Source: the human T2T-CHM13v2.0 reference genome, Homo sapiens
Direction: 5' to 3' (one strand)
Assembly (NCBI RefSeq): GCF_009914755.1
Contig: NC_060931.1
Length of the DNA: 64,000 bases
Shown: positions 13,310-28,666 of the stretch, one piece after another
Position numbering within the stretch: the stretch's first letter is position 1
How the letters are laid out: the number at the start of each line of letters is the position of its first letter
Translations under genes and position numbers: made by a program
The notes under the pieces: model-generated
Database searches by the model: none
What the model saw: the letters and a program-made list of their open reading frames with translations, nothing else
What the model was told of the DNA's origin: nothing

Positions 13310-14510
13310 AGGTTATCATCATGTGCCTAGGCATGCATTTTTTTCACTGGTTTTCCTGTGAACCACTAAGCTGTGAACCATTGAAACTGCTTACACATGA
13401 CTTTCTTCATCTCATAGAATTTTTTTAATCTTTTATCTTTGATTGTTGCTACTTTCTTTAATTTCATTCTTTTCTTCAGAAACATCATTCAGCCTCAACT
13501 TGGTTTTATGGGTTTTATCATCTGTAGCTCTCATTTCCTTCTTCCTGCTTAGTTCTTTTCTTTGTATTCTAAGGAAACTTCTGTGCTTACCACCGCATTT
13601 TTGTTTGAGTTTATGCGTCATTGATTCTGCCCTTCCTTCAATGCATATTTTAATTCTAATAATGGGGTTTTAGTGCCATTGCAATTATTTTTTCATTTTG
13701 TCATCACTCATTTTATTTCATCTTTGTATCTTTTTACCTCCACCTGTTCTTTCCTTAAGATTATTTGATCCCATCCTAGATCCTTGACTTTTTGTCCTCA
13801 TTGAAGAAGCCAGATGTTTTCATGAAATTTCTACTCAGTCCTGAAATAAATGAATGTTATGAAGTCTTTTATTCTTCCCTATTTTCTGGATGCTATTTCT
13901 TATTCCTTTTTGGGCAAATCATTTTCTCCATGTTGGTTTTCCTTTTACTTATCTTCAAACAAGTGTTCAGTTTCAGTATTTTTCAGTAAATAAGGAAGCT
14001 AAACTGTCCTTTATACCCTGAGGTTGAATTACTTTCTTAGTTTTGCATGTGGAGGGCAGATTCATTTATTCACCCATTTTCTAACAGGCATAAATTATAG
14101 TGCACCTCTATTCTATCAACAGAACAACTTACTCCTGCCCTGCCTTCTTATTTCTCTGGTTTGATGAACTGATTGAATACATGAAAAAATACATTTGTGA
14201 TATCAAGGTTATGTCTATCTCCATCTTCAAAGCTGTACTATTCTACCTCTAGGATCTCCCTCCACCTTCATGTTTACTACTCAGTGGCTTTCTGGTTTTT
14301 GGTCTGTGTCTGAAAATAGAATGGTATAGAGACAGATGCATCTCAGCCTAGCTCCAATTATCTAATAGCTATTGCACATTTTCCTAAATTCAGACATAGT
14401 CTGTTGATATTAGTTTTAGGTTTATTTTAGTATTTTTTCTGTCTTCATGGATATTTGAACAAGAAGTTGGGGGAATTGCACTGGTTGCTTCCACCAAACA
14501 TTATTTTGAA
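13310..14510 (-). mobile_element. Ancient L1M/HAL1-like remnant
   Basis: T-rich degenerate sequence with L1 ORF1-like K/E-rich reverse translation; no diagnostic ends seen. Confidence 0.35.
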
Positions 14511-14544
14511 AGAAAAATCTGTATTGCTATAATAATACTTTCCC

Positions 14545-15035
14545 TCTCCGATCTGTTTGCTACAGTGCTGCCTAAAGATCTTTGTAAAGGGCATAGATCA
14601 TGTCCCCTCCATCTTAAAGCACCTTAATGACCTTCTTATCCAAACTCCCTTCTTGTGGAATATTTGATCTTCAGAACCTCATGTCTGTTTTATTCTGGAG
14701 ATCTGCCTCTTTCCTCACACTCTGTTCTAACTCTCCAGGCTTTGACCACTGGCTTTTCCCTTACCTATTATATCCTTTCCTCCCAGTTTGTCTTGAAAAT
14801 GCCTGTTCACTTTTTAGGACTCAGCTTCAGCTTCATCTCTACCATGAAGAGGAGACTTAATGATTTCATCTTTGTATCTCTGTTGGGCACCATGCATAAG
14901 TTAGTCTCAGCACCTCTCTGTCCTTATTACTTTTACTTGACCATGGCTGGGCAAAGGAAGTTTCTAGTTTACCTCTGATTCCCCAGATCCTGGTCTAGCA
15001 CCTGGCATATATTAAATGCATTTTAAAATGGTGGA
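14545..15035 (+). mobile_element. L2 3' portion
   Basis: gatcatgtcccctcc...cttaaagcacc...tctagcacctggcatatattaaatg. Confidence 0.6.
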
Positions 15036-16797
15036 CTATTCAAAGAACACTTGAATGTGTAACTACATTTCTTTTTTCTTCTGGTAAAATAAAAAAGGGT
15101 TGAATATGGGATTAGTTCTTTTCTTTAGTTCTTCTTATCTCTTAAGGACTTAATACCCAATTCTTGAGCTTATTATTTTTTTTCCAAAATAAAAACTTCT
15201 TGTCCTTTGAAAATTTATAGCATGTTATGAATTTATTGTCCATTACTTCTACTCTGTGACAGTTGTATACATCAACCCTCCTATCAGGAAAAATGGCTTA
15301 GTAAGCTAGCTGACTCTTGAATGGACATTCCGACGTGTATTTAAAAAGCTGACTTCAGTGACCCCATCTCCTTTTCCCTCCCTTTCAGTTTCTTCTCTCC
15401 TCTCTTCTGGAATTGTTCTGATTGCCTGGGAGCTGCCTGGTCAGCTGCAGGAGGTCCTAATCCTCACCCAGATAGGCTGTGAATCTCTGAGGGAACCACT
15501 TGGACCTTTGGGTGTCTTATTTTTAATCCCTGAAAAACATTTTGACTTGGTTCATTGTGTTGTTTCACATGAAATCCATCTATTAAGTAGCAGAAAAATA
15601 GTATTGTTTTTCTCTTCTTGAAAGCTAAATTTAGTTTCTGTGGAAATGATTTTGTTGCCGCTAACAGTATTGCGGACTCCTGTGTGACACAGTAGCAAGT
15701 ACATATCAGCTGTTAAGAAACAAAGATCTTGCTTTCCTACTGGAGACATATGGTTAAAACCACAACAACAACAATTAAAAAAAAAAAGGATACCAAAAGG
15801 ATATTTTGCATACATAGAAAGAAGTCAAGAGAATTAGTTTTAAGTAATATATCACTTACTTTCCCATAAGGTATCAATATCTCACAAACACTGAATAGCA
15901 TTGATCCAATTTTTAAAATTTTGATGTTAAATTAAGATGCTAGTTACTTTAGCAACAGGGAGATGGATAGAGTACATTAGAGAGTGAGAACTAGTCTTTT
16001 GCTGTTGTCACTTATGAGAATGAAAAGGATAAGAAGAGCTCAGGGGAAAAAAAAAGTTCATTTCTAATTGCAGTGCAACCCACAAGCTTGCACATCCTAT
16101 AACGAGAAAGCTCCTTGTTAGCTGCCAAAATCTGCCATCCAATCTGTCTAGTAGTTGATTTCGTTATTACATTTTGATGTGCCCTTGACAAGCTTTAGCA
16201 CACAAAAACTCAACACCTCCTCCTAAGCTCCTCCGGTACCAGAAAGATCATGAAGGGATGACAAAGGCCTGTGCTTGGCTTTTTATTATTCACATAGCTA
16301 GAATGTTTATAAACAGAACAGAGTGTAACGAGAGCAAATGCTCAACCACATCAAGTGGTTCCCGTGTCTTGCATGTCATTTAAATATCGATTTAATCTCG
16401 TCCTGCACTATATGCTTCACACACACAAAGACCCAAACCAAGTGCCTGAAAACTGTCCCTAGGGGCTTTCAAAATGTGGACAAACAACTCTCTTTTCTTT
16501 GGATAATTGTGATGCCTTGTTCCACCACTTTGGGTCTATAGCATCTGGTGTTTCTGAAATCATCTTTAGATGTCACTGTGATCTCTTTGGTCAGCACTGG
16601 TCCACTATCTGTCCCCTAACTCAACCTTACAGATTTACGTCTGCACACAGATTCAAGTGGGGGAAAATAGACAATACAATTAGAGGGAATTGAATTAAAT
16701 TATTAATTTCATGAAATATATTATAAACCTTAGAACAACTTAGGCGAAAGGCAATTAAAACAACCAATGCCTTGATGCCTTAACAAATATAATTATA

Positions 16798-17100
16798 GGC
16801 TAGGTGACTATAATTATAGGCAATATCACTTTTGGAGGCTGAGGCGGGGCATCATTTGAGCTCTGAAGTTCAAGACCAGCCTGGACAGCATAGCGAGACC
16901 CTGTTTCTACAAAAAATCAAAAAATTAGCTGAGTGCGGTGGCGTGTGCCTTTAGTCCCAGCTCCTCAGGAGGCTGAGGTGGGAGAATCACTTGAACCCAG
17001 GAGGTCAGGCCTGCAGTGAGCCATAATTGTGCCAATGTACTCTAGCTTGGATTATAGAGGGAGATCCTGTCTCAAAAAAAAATTAAAAATTAAAAAAATT
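16798..17100 (+). mobile_element. AluJ with rearranged 5' end
   Basis: catagcgagaccctg and ggaggtcaggcctgcagtgagcc J-type features; TSD atataattata at 16787-16797 and 17102-17112. Confidence 0.88.
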
Positions 17101-19229
17101 TATATAATTATATCCTCTCTCCCTCTCGCTCTTTTCCATTCACTAGTGTTAATGTGCTATAAATGTACTGGCTGGGTTTCACTGAAAAGGTTATAACCTG
17201 CTCCTTGGGAGTAAAATACTGCTTTCAGCATTATTCTTAGCTACACTAAACTTCATAGGAAAGCAGAATTCTCTCCCCTACTCTGACAAAGTTTTACTTT
17301 GCAAACTTGTCCACTGGTAACCTTGAGTGTTATGGAGGCGTCAGTTACAAAGCTGATGACCCACTCTGAGCCAGGATATTCTTTAATGCCAGGGACAGTG
17401 ATTGTCCTGCTTACAGAGGGTCAAGATGATCACAATATGTGAGTAATTACTATTTTTGGCAAGGTCAGGGGAGGGGTAGGGGACAGTGGTGAAATCAAAA
17501 ATGTTCAGTTTACCACAATCATAAAAATATATGCCAGGAGATACATTTCAAGAACTGTATTAAACCACAACAATAAACTTTTTTTTGGCCATATCCAATG
17601 GAGAATACTTTTAAATCCATGTATATGCTTAATTTCTTGTATTCTGTGCCATACTACTGATGTTTTAGGTTGTAGGCTATATTGAGCTTCCTGTCTCATT
17701 ATATTTGCCAAAAACATATTGCCTTTGGAAAAATAAGTTGTTAAATAATAGAAGGAAGGAGCCGAGAGGGGCAAGAGAATTAACAATTATTGACTACCTT
17801 CTATAGCCAGATAGTCATAATTGTTTGTTGTTTTACATATGCTATACAATTTAATATAATAATCATAATATAGATCTCTTTAAGATAAGAATGATCCATA
17901 TTTCCCAGATAAGGAAAAGATAAAGCAAGATTAAGTAACATTCCCAGAGTCACACAGCTAGTATTTTAAAATCTTGGTCAGTCTTAAGTCAAAATCATGC
18001 TTATTATCATAGCATCTTTTTTTTTTTTAATAGACAAGATGTCTGAACACCGAGATTTGACCCTAACACACTAATTCTCCCAGGAAAAATGTGTACCTCA
18101 AAGGGATATTCCAAAGTTTGCCTTACTTAAGCAACAACAGATTGAAACTATTTGTGGATATAGTACTAATAATTCTGGTAGAAATATGATGAGAAGCAAA
18201 TAGATCCACTAGCTAGAGGTAGCCGGTTTGCATTTGAGATTAGGTTATTCTTTCTTGTTTTAAAAAGTGTAATTAAACCAACTGTCCTAAGAAAACTCTT
18301 CCTTCTGTCCCACATGTAACCAATTCCAGATGTGAAACTGATTCCCTACAATAATTGGTTAGTGTTTTACTTTCTTAAAACCTACTCCTTGACCTTTCTT
18401 AAAACCTACTCCTCTCTCAAACTCATTTAGATGCTAGTTTCCAGACTGAAATCAAATTTGGACCCTAAAATGAGGAATGTCTGCAAACAGAATTCCAATT
18501 TAATTTGCACTGTTCTCGAAACATTAGAAGTTGAAGGGAAGGAAAGAATGATGATCTCCCGAGGGCCAGAGATCCAACCCCACTCTTTGGTGTGTTCCTG
18601 TGGTTTAGCCCCTCTTCCAGGCAAGACCCTCAACTGGGGCTTTCTTGGCTTGGAGTCATTTTGCTGCAGTTAACATTTAGTTCACACATCATTAGATGAA
18701 GCCCTGGTTACAGAGATACACTGCTCTTGTCATAGCAGAAGTATGCTGCATGCACCTGCAGTTTGAAGTTTTTGTTGAGGGAATAGACTGAAATGAATGA
18801 AAAGATTGAAACCGTTTACTTTTTTGTGACTCCACCTGCTGTGGTGTATTTTTGTTGGACAGAATAACTGGAGGTGTGTTTATAGCTTCAGGGAAAGGAT
18901 ACATTAGGGGTTACATGATTTTAAGGTGATTTTTTTTTCTTTAAAGCTATAAATCAAATTTCCATGAAAACAGTTATATGTATATAACTGCTATAGAATT
19001 TGTGGAGATATATATGTATCTATTATGCTTCTTTTCCCCTTGGTGAGTAAGAAAGGAATAATTTCCTTTGTTGTTGTCATCCCAGAAGTAATTTTTCCAT
19101 GGTAGTGGTATGTCAGTACCATATCTGTGCTGTATTTGAGATTGACAATAATGTCAATCGATGCTAGCCTATCATATCTACAAACTTATAATTATTAGAT
19201 TCTGTTTTAAGTGTCTTTCAGAACGCATA

Positions 19230-19770
<541 letters not shown>

Positions 19771-20924
19771 AAGGAAAACTCTTAGAGGGAATTGAATTAA
19801 ATTATTAATTTCATGAAATATAAACCTTAGAACAACTTAGGTGAAAGGGAATTAAAACAACCAAAGCCTCTAATGACAGTGAAACACATTATTCCTTTAT
19901 TGTATCAAGTCTTCGATTAAGCCATTTTTGTCCATGAATTCTAGGCCTTCTGTCTGTTGGCATTTATGTTGTTAATCTCTGAATATTTACAAGTCAGCAT
20001 GAATATATGATGTATAACCTCGTTATTGAGGAGTCTCAACTCTGAGATAGAGGCATGAAATGGTCTTGGTTTTTTCCAGTTATTGTTTCAACTCTGTTAT
20101 GTTGAACCCCTTCCCCCTTTCCGTCTCTTAATTTCCTATTGAGATGACTCCATAAGTTTCTGGTTATTTTAATATGAGACCTAATATTATTATAATCCCA
20201 AACTCGGCTTAAAGTCCTATCTTTTTCCCATTTAAGGGGCAGATCTGTCCTGGCTCTGATTTCCCTTCTCCTCATCCTCATCAAGACCTAGATCCTTATC
20301 TGCGGGTCAGGGAACTAGCAAAGGCAGATACTCTCTTGTGTTACTCTGGTTACAGGCGGTAGGGGAAGTGTCCCTGGCTGTACTCCGATTTGATCTAGTT
20401 CTGTCTGATGCTATGGACACTTCATTTAAGGTGAATGTGTTTTGAGTGATGAATTGTCTTGGGATAGGCTTACAATTATTTGAGTCCCCTTTGTTGTGAG
20501 TACTTTCTCACAGAGAGGCTGTTTAGTTTTCCTTTGGCATTTCCAGCCGTAAAATCCCACACCCCTCACAGGGTGGGGTAGCCTCATGCCTGGCCTGGTG
20601 GCTTCTTGTGTAACCCATGGCTTTTGCCTGGCTCTTCCTCTCCATGTGTCATCACATAAGCCAAGAAAGCTACAGAAAATTTCTTCTGTTCTTTGAGGGC
20701 CCGGGGAAACTGGAGTGGTGTGGAGTTTGACTCATTTCATTCCTAGGAACAGTACTCTATTTGTCCCTACAAGACCTGTTGGCATGGCTGCTCCAGTGAG
20801 GCTCTCATTTCTGGAAGTTTCTAGTCTGGGAGCAGTCACTAGTCTCTGCTTATGAATGCACTCACACTTCTGGGAATGGATTAGGCAGGCTTTCTCTGAT
20901 GTTATAGGGATCTAATATGCAGGA

Positions 20925-21433
20925 CAGATCAACTCCCAAAATTATGCTTAACCGAACAATGATACTTTATTATCCCATAGTTTCCCTGGGTCAGAAATTC
21001 TAAAGAAATGGCTGGGCAGTTCTATTTCAGGGTTTCTCATGAGGTCACAGTTAGATGTCATGTGGAGGTGTAGTCATCTGAAGGTTTTATTGGGGCTGGA
21101 GGATCTGCTTCCAAGGTAGCTCACTTCCATGGCTGGCATCCTGGGGCTCACTATGGGCAGAAAGTCTCAGCTCCTCTCCATGCGTGCCTATTAGTAGAGC
21201 TGCCTGAGCGTCCTCATGACATGATGCTGGCTTCCTCCCAGAATATGTGAGCCAAGAGACCAAGGCAAAAGCTGCATGTGTTTTGTGACCTCAGCTCATA
21301 AGTCACAAACTGTCACTTCTGTCCTGTTCTAGTAGTCACATAGAGTAGCCCTAATTCAGTGTGAAAATGGGCTACACAGATATATGAATACCAACAGGAT
21401 TCTTGTGGGTCATATTGCAGGCTGGTTACCACA
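20925..21433 (-). mobile_element. MLT1H-like LTR
   Basis: gtcatctgaaggttttattggggctggaggatctgcttccaaggtagctcac; ends gctggttaccaca. Confidence 0.75.
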
Positions 21434-21979
21434 GTGGGCCTTCAGGTTTCTGAAACTTAACTAAATGAAAAACAAAACAGCAGGAAAAAGAAGCCAATCC
21501 ACCCTTCTTGCATGCAGTCCCAATTTCTAACCAGTGACTCACTGAGAGCCCTCGAATTTACTTGACTTGGGGTGAGGGACACCATCACTTTCTCCTCCTT
21601 AGATATACTCTACTACTCTACTATACAATAGTGTACAGTATAGTACACTACACTGTGAGTGGGAGCCAACAACTCATTTCTCTTCTCTTCTTGTTCCTCT
21701 CCTTATTAAACTAGAGAGGAAATGTGGAGTTATGGTTGGTGTGTGAGGCCACTACATCTAAGTAATTTTTTTGAAGACGTCTCCAACTTCCATTATAAGA
21801 CACATGATGGATGTAATATTGGTTACAGTGACAGCTGCTATAACAAATTAACACCAAAATTTGAATGGCATATTCACCTTCAGTTTATAGGTTTCTCACG
21901 TAAAGTTTTCTAACTGGGAGGATTGCTCTATATAGTCATTGAGGCTGAGAGAGGCTCTCCCATATTCAATATGAGGTAA

Positions 21980-22337
<358 letters not shown>

Positions 22338-22399
22338 AGGAGGTTTTTATAGTAAGCTTGGCCTGAACTTGCACTCATCAGTTCTCAGACCTCTTTGGC

Positions 22400-24740
22400 T
22401 TTGATGATCTGTCTTCCTCTCTGCTACTACCTGTTGGAAATTCATTCAGGCGGGCATACCTTAGATGTAATCACTGCCAACATCACAACAGAGTTGTGCC
22501 ACCTCAGAAAACTTTGTTTGATAAAAACAACCCAGTCTCTGACTTCCTCTGTTTACCTCACTTACTCTGATTCTGCCTTTCCAAGAACTCTCCCACTAAT
22601 CTACAGCTGTACCTGTTTTCAGTTCCTCACCATTCTCCTTGTGCCCTCACCTCTCTGTCTACTGGCCTGGATTCCCGTCCCAGCATTATAACCTTCTTGC
22701 CACCCCTGTCCCTTCATTGTACATGACTGGGAACCCCCTGAGGCTGGTTAAAACCAACTGTCTACTTGGCGCCACACCTGTATTTGTGCTCTTGAACAAT
22801 GTCAGTGAAAAAACATGCAACTTTACTCACTGGACTCGTTACAAATTTACAACCAAAAGTGTGAAATGGGTGCTCCACACTGCATAGATGGACTAGAGGA
22901 CTCACTTTCTTATTGTCTAAGATGTTCATTTCACACCTTCTCCAGTCTCTTCTTAAATGTTTTTAGCTAATGACCTCAATCTATAATTCTTAGAGATAAT
23001 TGATAAAATTAGTCAATAACTACTTTAACTTCTCATTGCTCATCATGTTACACTGAAAAGTGATTCCTGCCCCTAAAACCAACCGCTTCAGTTTTTTTCT
23101 TAGATCCTGTCTTTTGTACCTTCTGAAAGATTCAGTTACCATTATCCCCTTTCTGTCTTGCATCATCAACTTTTTCCTCTCTGCCAGATCATCCCCACTG
23201 GCAAATAAACATACTGTAATATAATTCGTCTTAAAATGAAAAACAAATCCCCTTAATTTGGTCCTTCTTTCAAGTGCCACCCCATTTCTTGGCTTTTTTT
23301 CACAGAAAAACTACTTGAAAACATTCTTCAAATTCACTAATTCACAAATTCACCCTAAATTTTCCCCTCTCATTTCTTTTTCAGTCTGCTGAAATTGGAA
23401 TTTGACTCCTACAACTCTACTAAAAGCTTTCAACCAGATCCCCATTGATCTATGTCTTGTCAGTGCCAATAGTTAAGCCCCTCCTATACTCAGCCTCTCA
23501 GCAGCCACCCTGGTTACATGTTTCTTCTGAAACATGGTCTTTTCAGGCTTTCTGCAACACAACATCCTCTTGGATTTCCTTCTTCTTGGTCTTCTTTGCT
23601 GGCTTCTTTTTCTCTACCATGTTTTACATGTTAGTGCTTCAGCCATACCCTCTCTCCTGATGACCTCATCCAGTTTGAGTTTTTTAAATCACTGATACAC
23701 AGATATCTCTAAATTGTTCTCGCCAGCTCAGTCTGCAACTAAGGTCCAGACCTTTAAATCTAACTGCCAAACTGGTATCTCTACTAGAATTCGTAACTCT
23801 AAACTGACATGCAAAACAGAGCTGTTTGTTTTTGTCAAACGTATCTCCCCCTTGCCCCAAAGCAAGCTTTTCTCTTTTCAGCAAATGGTGCCATCAAAGG
23901 CCTACTTTCTTAAGCTAACATCCAAAGAATGTCCTTGAGGTTTGTGAGATTTTTTATTTTTGTCCATTGACAAGTCCTGTTGGTTCAACCTCCAAATTAT
24001 AGTCCTAATTCAACTCTTTCTTACCAGCTCTGTTGCTGAAACCTAGCCTGCACTGTGTCACCAGTTTGGTCTACTTCAAGAGCCACCTCACTCGTCTCCT
24101 CACATCCTCTGTTCTCCTCCTATAGCCCATCCTCCCCACATAGAAGTCAGACTGCTATTTTAAAGATGAGATCATGTTATTTCTCTGCTTAGAATCATCC
24201 AATCGCTTTTATTATCATAGGCTTCAAGGTCTACCTGACCAGACCCTGCCTAGTCCTCTAACCCCAGGCCCCTCCTCTCTCCCTCCTTGTTCACTGTGCT
24301 TCTGCCACATTGGCCTTCCTTTTGGGACCTTGAACCTGCCAAGCTCATCCCTATCACAGAAACATTGCACATAACTATTTTTTTGATTTGGAATGCTCTT
24401 TCTCCAGGGAGTTGTGTGGCATTCTCCTCCTCTTTCAGGTCTCATTTCATATACTGCCTCCTCAAGAAATCTTGCATGACTATAGAAGCTAAAGAACTTC
24501 CACTTTGCATCATAGCGCTCTATTTAATTTTCTTTCTAGCCGTACTGGGACCTGAAATGATCTCAACATATTTTATATTTTCATGTTACCTTTTAAAAAA
24601 ATTAATACTTATAATCATGCTCTAATACTTAAGCTCCTTGAAGACAAATCCTTTTTCGTTTGCTTCTTGTGATATGTCTAGTGCCAGGAACGGAGCTTCC
24701 CTCAGAGTGGGTGCTAATAAATATTTGCTGAATGAATGAC
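22400..24740 (+). mobile_element. Long L2 (L2a-like): ORF2 remnant to 3' end
   Basis: Pyrimidine-rich L2 motifs (cataccttagat, tgatgacctcatccagt, tctaactgcc); ends aataaatatttgctgaatgaatga. Confidence 0.75.
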
Positions 24741-25261
24741 TAACTCTCGTAATTTCAGGCATTTCAATTATAACTGAGAATTCAATGTGACAGTCATTAG
24801 TATAGCAGCAATCTTGTTTTCTATATGTAGAAAACAGGCAGGTTTAGTACTTTAAATGACATTATTAAAAATGTTAGCATACTGTCCAGCTAATGGCAGC
24901 ACATTAGTAAACTATTTTATCTTCATACTGCAATGAAGAATTATTTCCCTCTTTCATGAAGGTAAATAAAGAATTGATCAGTCTTATGGACTTTGTTTAA
25001 TTTTTAATTAAGGGTAATTCTTTTTAAATAGCTATTTTAACTTTTTCTTGCTTACTAATGTAATACATGTATATTTCAAAAAAAAAATCTGGAAAGTCTG
25101 GGAAAAATAGTTATGTGAATGTATTATTCACTCTTAAAGCCATCCAGAGAAAAGTATTTCTGACATTTTGGTGTATTTCTTTCTCTCGTTGGTCTCCATC
25201 TCTGTCCCTGTCTCTGTCTCTTTGTCTTCTTTTCTCACTATATTCACCAAATTACTTTGTG

Positions 25262-25266
<5 letters not shown>

Positions 25267-25305
<39 letters not shown>
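25267..25305. repeat. (TG)19 microsatellite
   Basis: Direct reading. Confidence 0.97.
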
Positions 25306-25307
<2 letters not shown>

Positions 25308-25544
25308 CATTACTTAAAGGTTTATTTCTCCCACCCCAAGTCTCTCTTGGAGATCCTCTGTGATGGGGTGGTCTCTTGTATGTTCCTAAATTAATCCATC
25401 CCGTAGGCATGACCAGTAACCTGTTTCTAGTACTCTGCCCACCTGCTGGTTGTCCCTTAGATCCTCTCAATTGTATTTATCTGAAAATAAGCGTGCTTCA
25501 ATTCCACCCAGTCCCATGCACAGGAATTGTGTCTGGTAGAACCT

Positions 25545-26110
25545 TGTTCTTCGAAGGGTAATCCATGGCCCAGCAGTGTTGGCATCACCTAGAGGTTTAT
25601 TAGAAATGCAAATTCTTGATTTCCACCTTTTATGGTTTAAATTATGTCCCACCAAAATTCACATATTGAAGTCCTATCCCTAATACCTCAGAATATGACC
25701 TTATTGGGAGATAAACTCTTTACAGGGGTAATCAAGTTAAAGTTAGGTCACTGGGGGGAGGGCCTAATCCATGTGACTATTGTCCTTATAAAAAGGGAAA
25801 ATTTGGACACAGAGAATGCATAGAGGGGAGATGGCCATCTACAAGCCAAGTAGAGAGGCCTGGAACAGATTCTTCTCTTAACGTCCTCAGAAGGAACCGA
25901 TCCTGCCAACACCATGATTTTCGATTTCTACCCTCTAAAGTTGTAAGACAATATATTTTTGTTTTTAAAGCCACTCCACTTGCAGTATTTTGTTATAGCA
26001 GTCCTGGCAAACCAATGTAACACTGCAAAGCTATGAATTGGAATCTGTAGTTTAAGAAAATCTCCAGGTGATTTTTATGCATGTTAAGGTTTGGAAACAT
26101 GGAGCTAGAG
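25545..26110. mobile_element. MER5A (hAT-Charlie) split by an MLT1 LTR
   Basis: ggcatcacctagaggtttattagaaatgcaaattct...; resumes gaatctgtagtttaagaaaatctccaggtgattt. Confidence 0.7.
25628..26019 (+). mobile_element. MLT1B-like LTR
   Basis: tgtcccaccaaaattcacatattgaagtccta...tacctcagaatatgaccttatt; ends tgttatagcagtcctggcaaaccaatgta. Confidence 0.85.
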
Positions 26111-26176
26111 TGCTTTACAGAGCAAGTCAGGGAAATCTAACTCAAATAGTCATTAACAATAAACAGAATTTATTGC

Positions 26177-26345
26177 ACTGGCTCAATCTGGATGCATGCT
26201 AGGGTCACCTGGGGAGCTTTTAAAAATCATAATGCCAGGAGCATAACCCAGACCACTTAAGAAAGAATCTCTGGAAATGGATCCTAGGTATCAGTAAGCT
26301 TCCCTGAAGAACGGAATGAGCAAACAGAGATGAGAACTGCTGATT
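26177..26345. mobile_element. MER5B-like DNA transposon
   Basis: tcacctggggagcttttaaaaat...cccagacca...agaatctctgg...tgagaactgctg. Confidence 0.6.
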
Positions 26346-26481
26346 TACTGATGTATGTAACTGAAACAAAGTCCTCCACTGAATAACTGGGAACAAGCAT
26401 CTTCACTTATTTAACATTAGATTATGCTAAATGTGCAATGATGCTTATAATCTTTTAAATTTAATTAAAATCTTTTTCTGG

Positions 26482-26809
<328 letters not shown>

Positions 26810-26927
26810 CTAATTTTTTCTTATATGTCCACTGTAATTATTTTACTAATGCTGTATTATTGAACACCCTGGGGAATATAGATACATAAGGCTGGGCCAA
26901 GAAAGTGAACTTTACAAAGCAAATTTA

Positions 26928-27267
<340 letters not shown>

Positions 27268-27866
27268 GTACTGGCTCAAGAGAGAAGAGAAAAACCAGGA
27301 AAATCCAGCATGAGTGAAGCCAAGTGAAAACACCGTTTTAAGAAGAAGGCAGTTTTCAAGGGTGGTGAGAACTAAAGAGAAGTGAAGTAAGAGAAAGGAA
27401 TAAAAGTTTCCACTAGTTTGAGCATTCCAGAAGCCATTGTAGGGAAAGAATTACTCTCTATAGAGTGGGGACCAAAACCATTTTGCAGCAGGTTGAGGAG
27501 TGGGGATTGGGGAACGGAGGCAGTGAGTGAAGACAAGTCTTTTAAGAGTCTAGGTAGGATAGGGAGAAGATAAGGTGGGAGCACAGGATGTGACAGCAAG
27601 GTTCTTATTTATTTTGAAATTTAATGTATTTTATTTTTTAATAGGTGTGCCGGTAAGTATAAATGCTGAGGTTGATAATTCAGATAATGAGAAGAAATAT
27701 ATACTTATATATAATGGTATATACTTATATATGCAGGCTTATATACTGGTGGATATAAGCCTCTGTATAGGGTAGAGAGAATAGGATTTGATCGACAGTT
27801 TGAGGAAAAGAGCCTTGAATGGGAGAACTGCTTCTTGTGGCCGGAAGGAAAGAAGAAAGAAGGGAG

Positions 27867-28190
27867 GGCTGGGTGCGGTGGCTCATGCCTGTAATCCCAG
27901 CACTTTGGGAGGCTGAATCATGGGGTCAGGAGATCGAGACCATCCTGGCCAACATGGTGAAACCCTGTCTCTACTAAAAATACAAAAATTAGCTGGGTGT
28001 GGTGGCACATGCCTGTAATCCCAGCTACTCGGGAGGCTGAGGCGGGAGTATCACTTTTACCTGGGAGGCGGAGGTTGCAGTGAGCCACGATCACACCTTG
28101 CACTCCAGCCTGGTGACAGAGCAAGACTCTGTCTCAAGAAAGAAAGGAAGGAAGGAAGGAAGGAAGGAAGGAAGGAAGGAAAGAAAGAAA
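27867..28190 (+). mobile_element. AluSc with (GGAA)n-converted tail
   Basis: gagatcgagaccatcctggccaacatgg; ccagcctggtgacagag (Sc-type 1-nt deletion). Confidence 0.9.
28146..28181. repeat. (GGAA)9 microsatellite
   Basis: Direct reading; followed by a long poly-T at 28209-28232. Confidence 0.95.
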
Positions 28191-28666
28191 GTAGGGTTAT
28201 AGGTTAGTTTTTTTTTTTTTTTTTTTTTTTTTGGTGGGTGGACAGGATATTTAGGGATTTTCTGCTTCATGTTTTCCATTTTTCCCAGGGACTGGTAAAC
28301 AAGAATGTTTTCAAAGAATGAAGAAGGAAGTAGTGGGCGGATAGTGGGAAGACCAATGATATGAACAAGCTACTGTGTGGAATGGAAAAAAGGAAAGCCA
28401 GCCAGGGAAACCAAGAGTGTGTTCTGCTTAGTGCTGAAGATCCAGTGACTTCAGATATAATACATTTATGTTCCATGTGTTCGTATGATTTCCCCCAACA
28501 CTGCATAGGAAAGGACAAGTCTGATAATTAGATTGGTTCAAAGTCATAGGCTTACTTGACGGGTACAACATAAAGAAGAAGTGGACACAACAGATTAATA
28601 TCAAGAAAGATGTTAAAGTGATGGATCATGGACTCGCAACTTGAAAGATAAGAAAGTGCTCATGGG

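Larger units (their letters stand above)
27270..28630 (-). mobile_element. L2 fragments interrupted by Alu
   Basis: Purine-rich reverse L2 motifs (gaagccaagtgaaaa, ggttgaggagtgggga). Confidence 0.55.
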
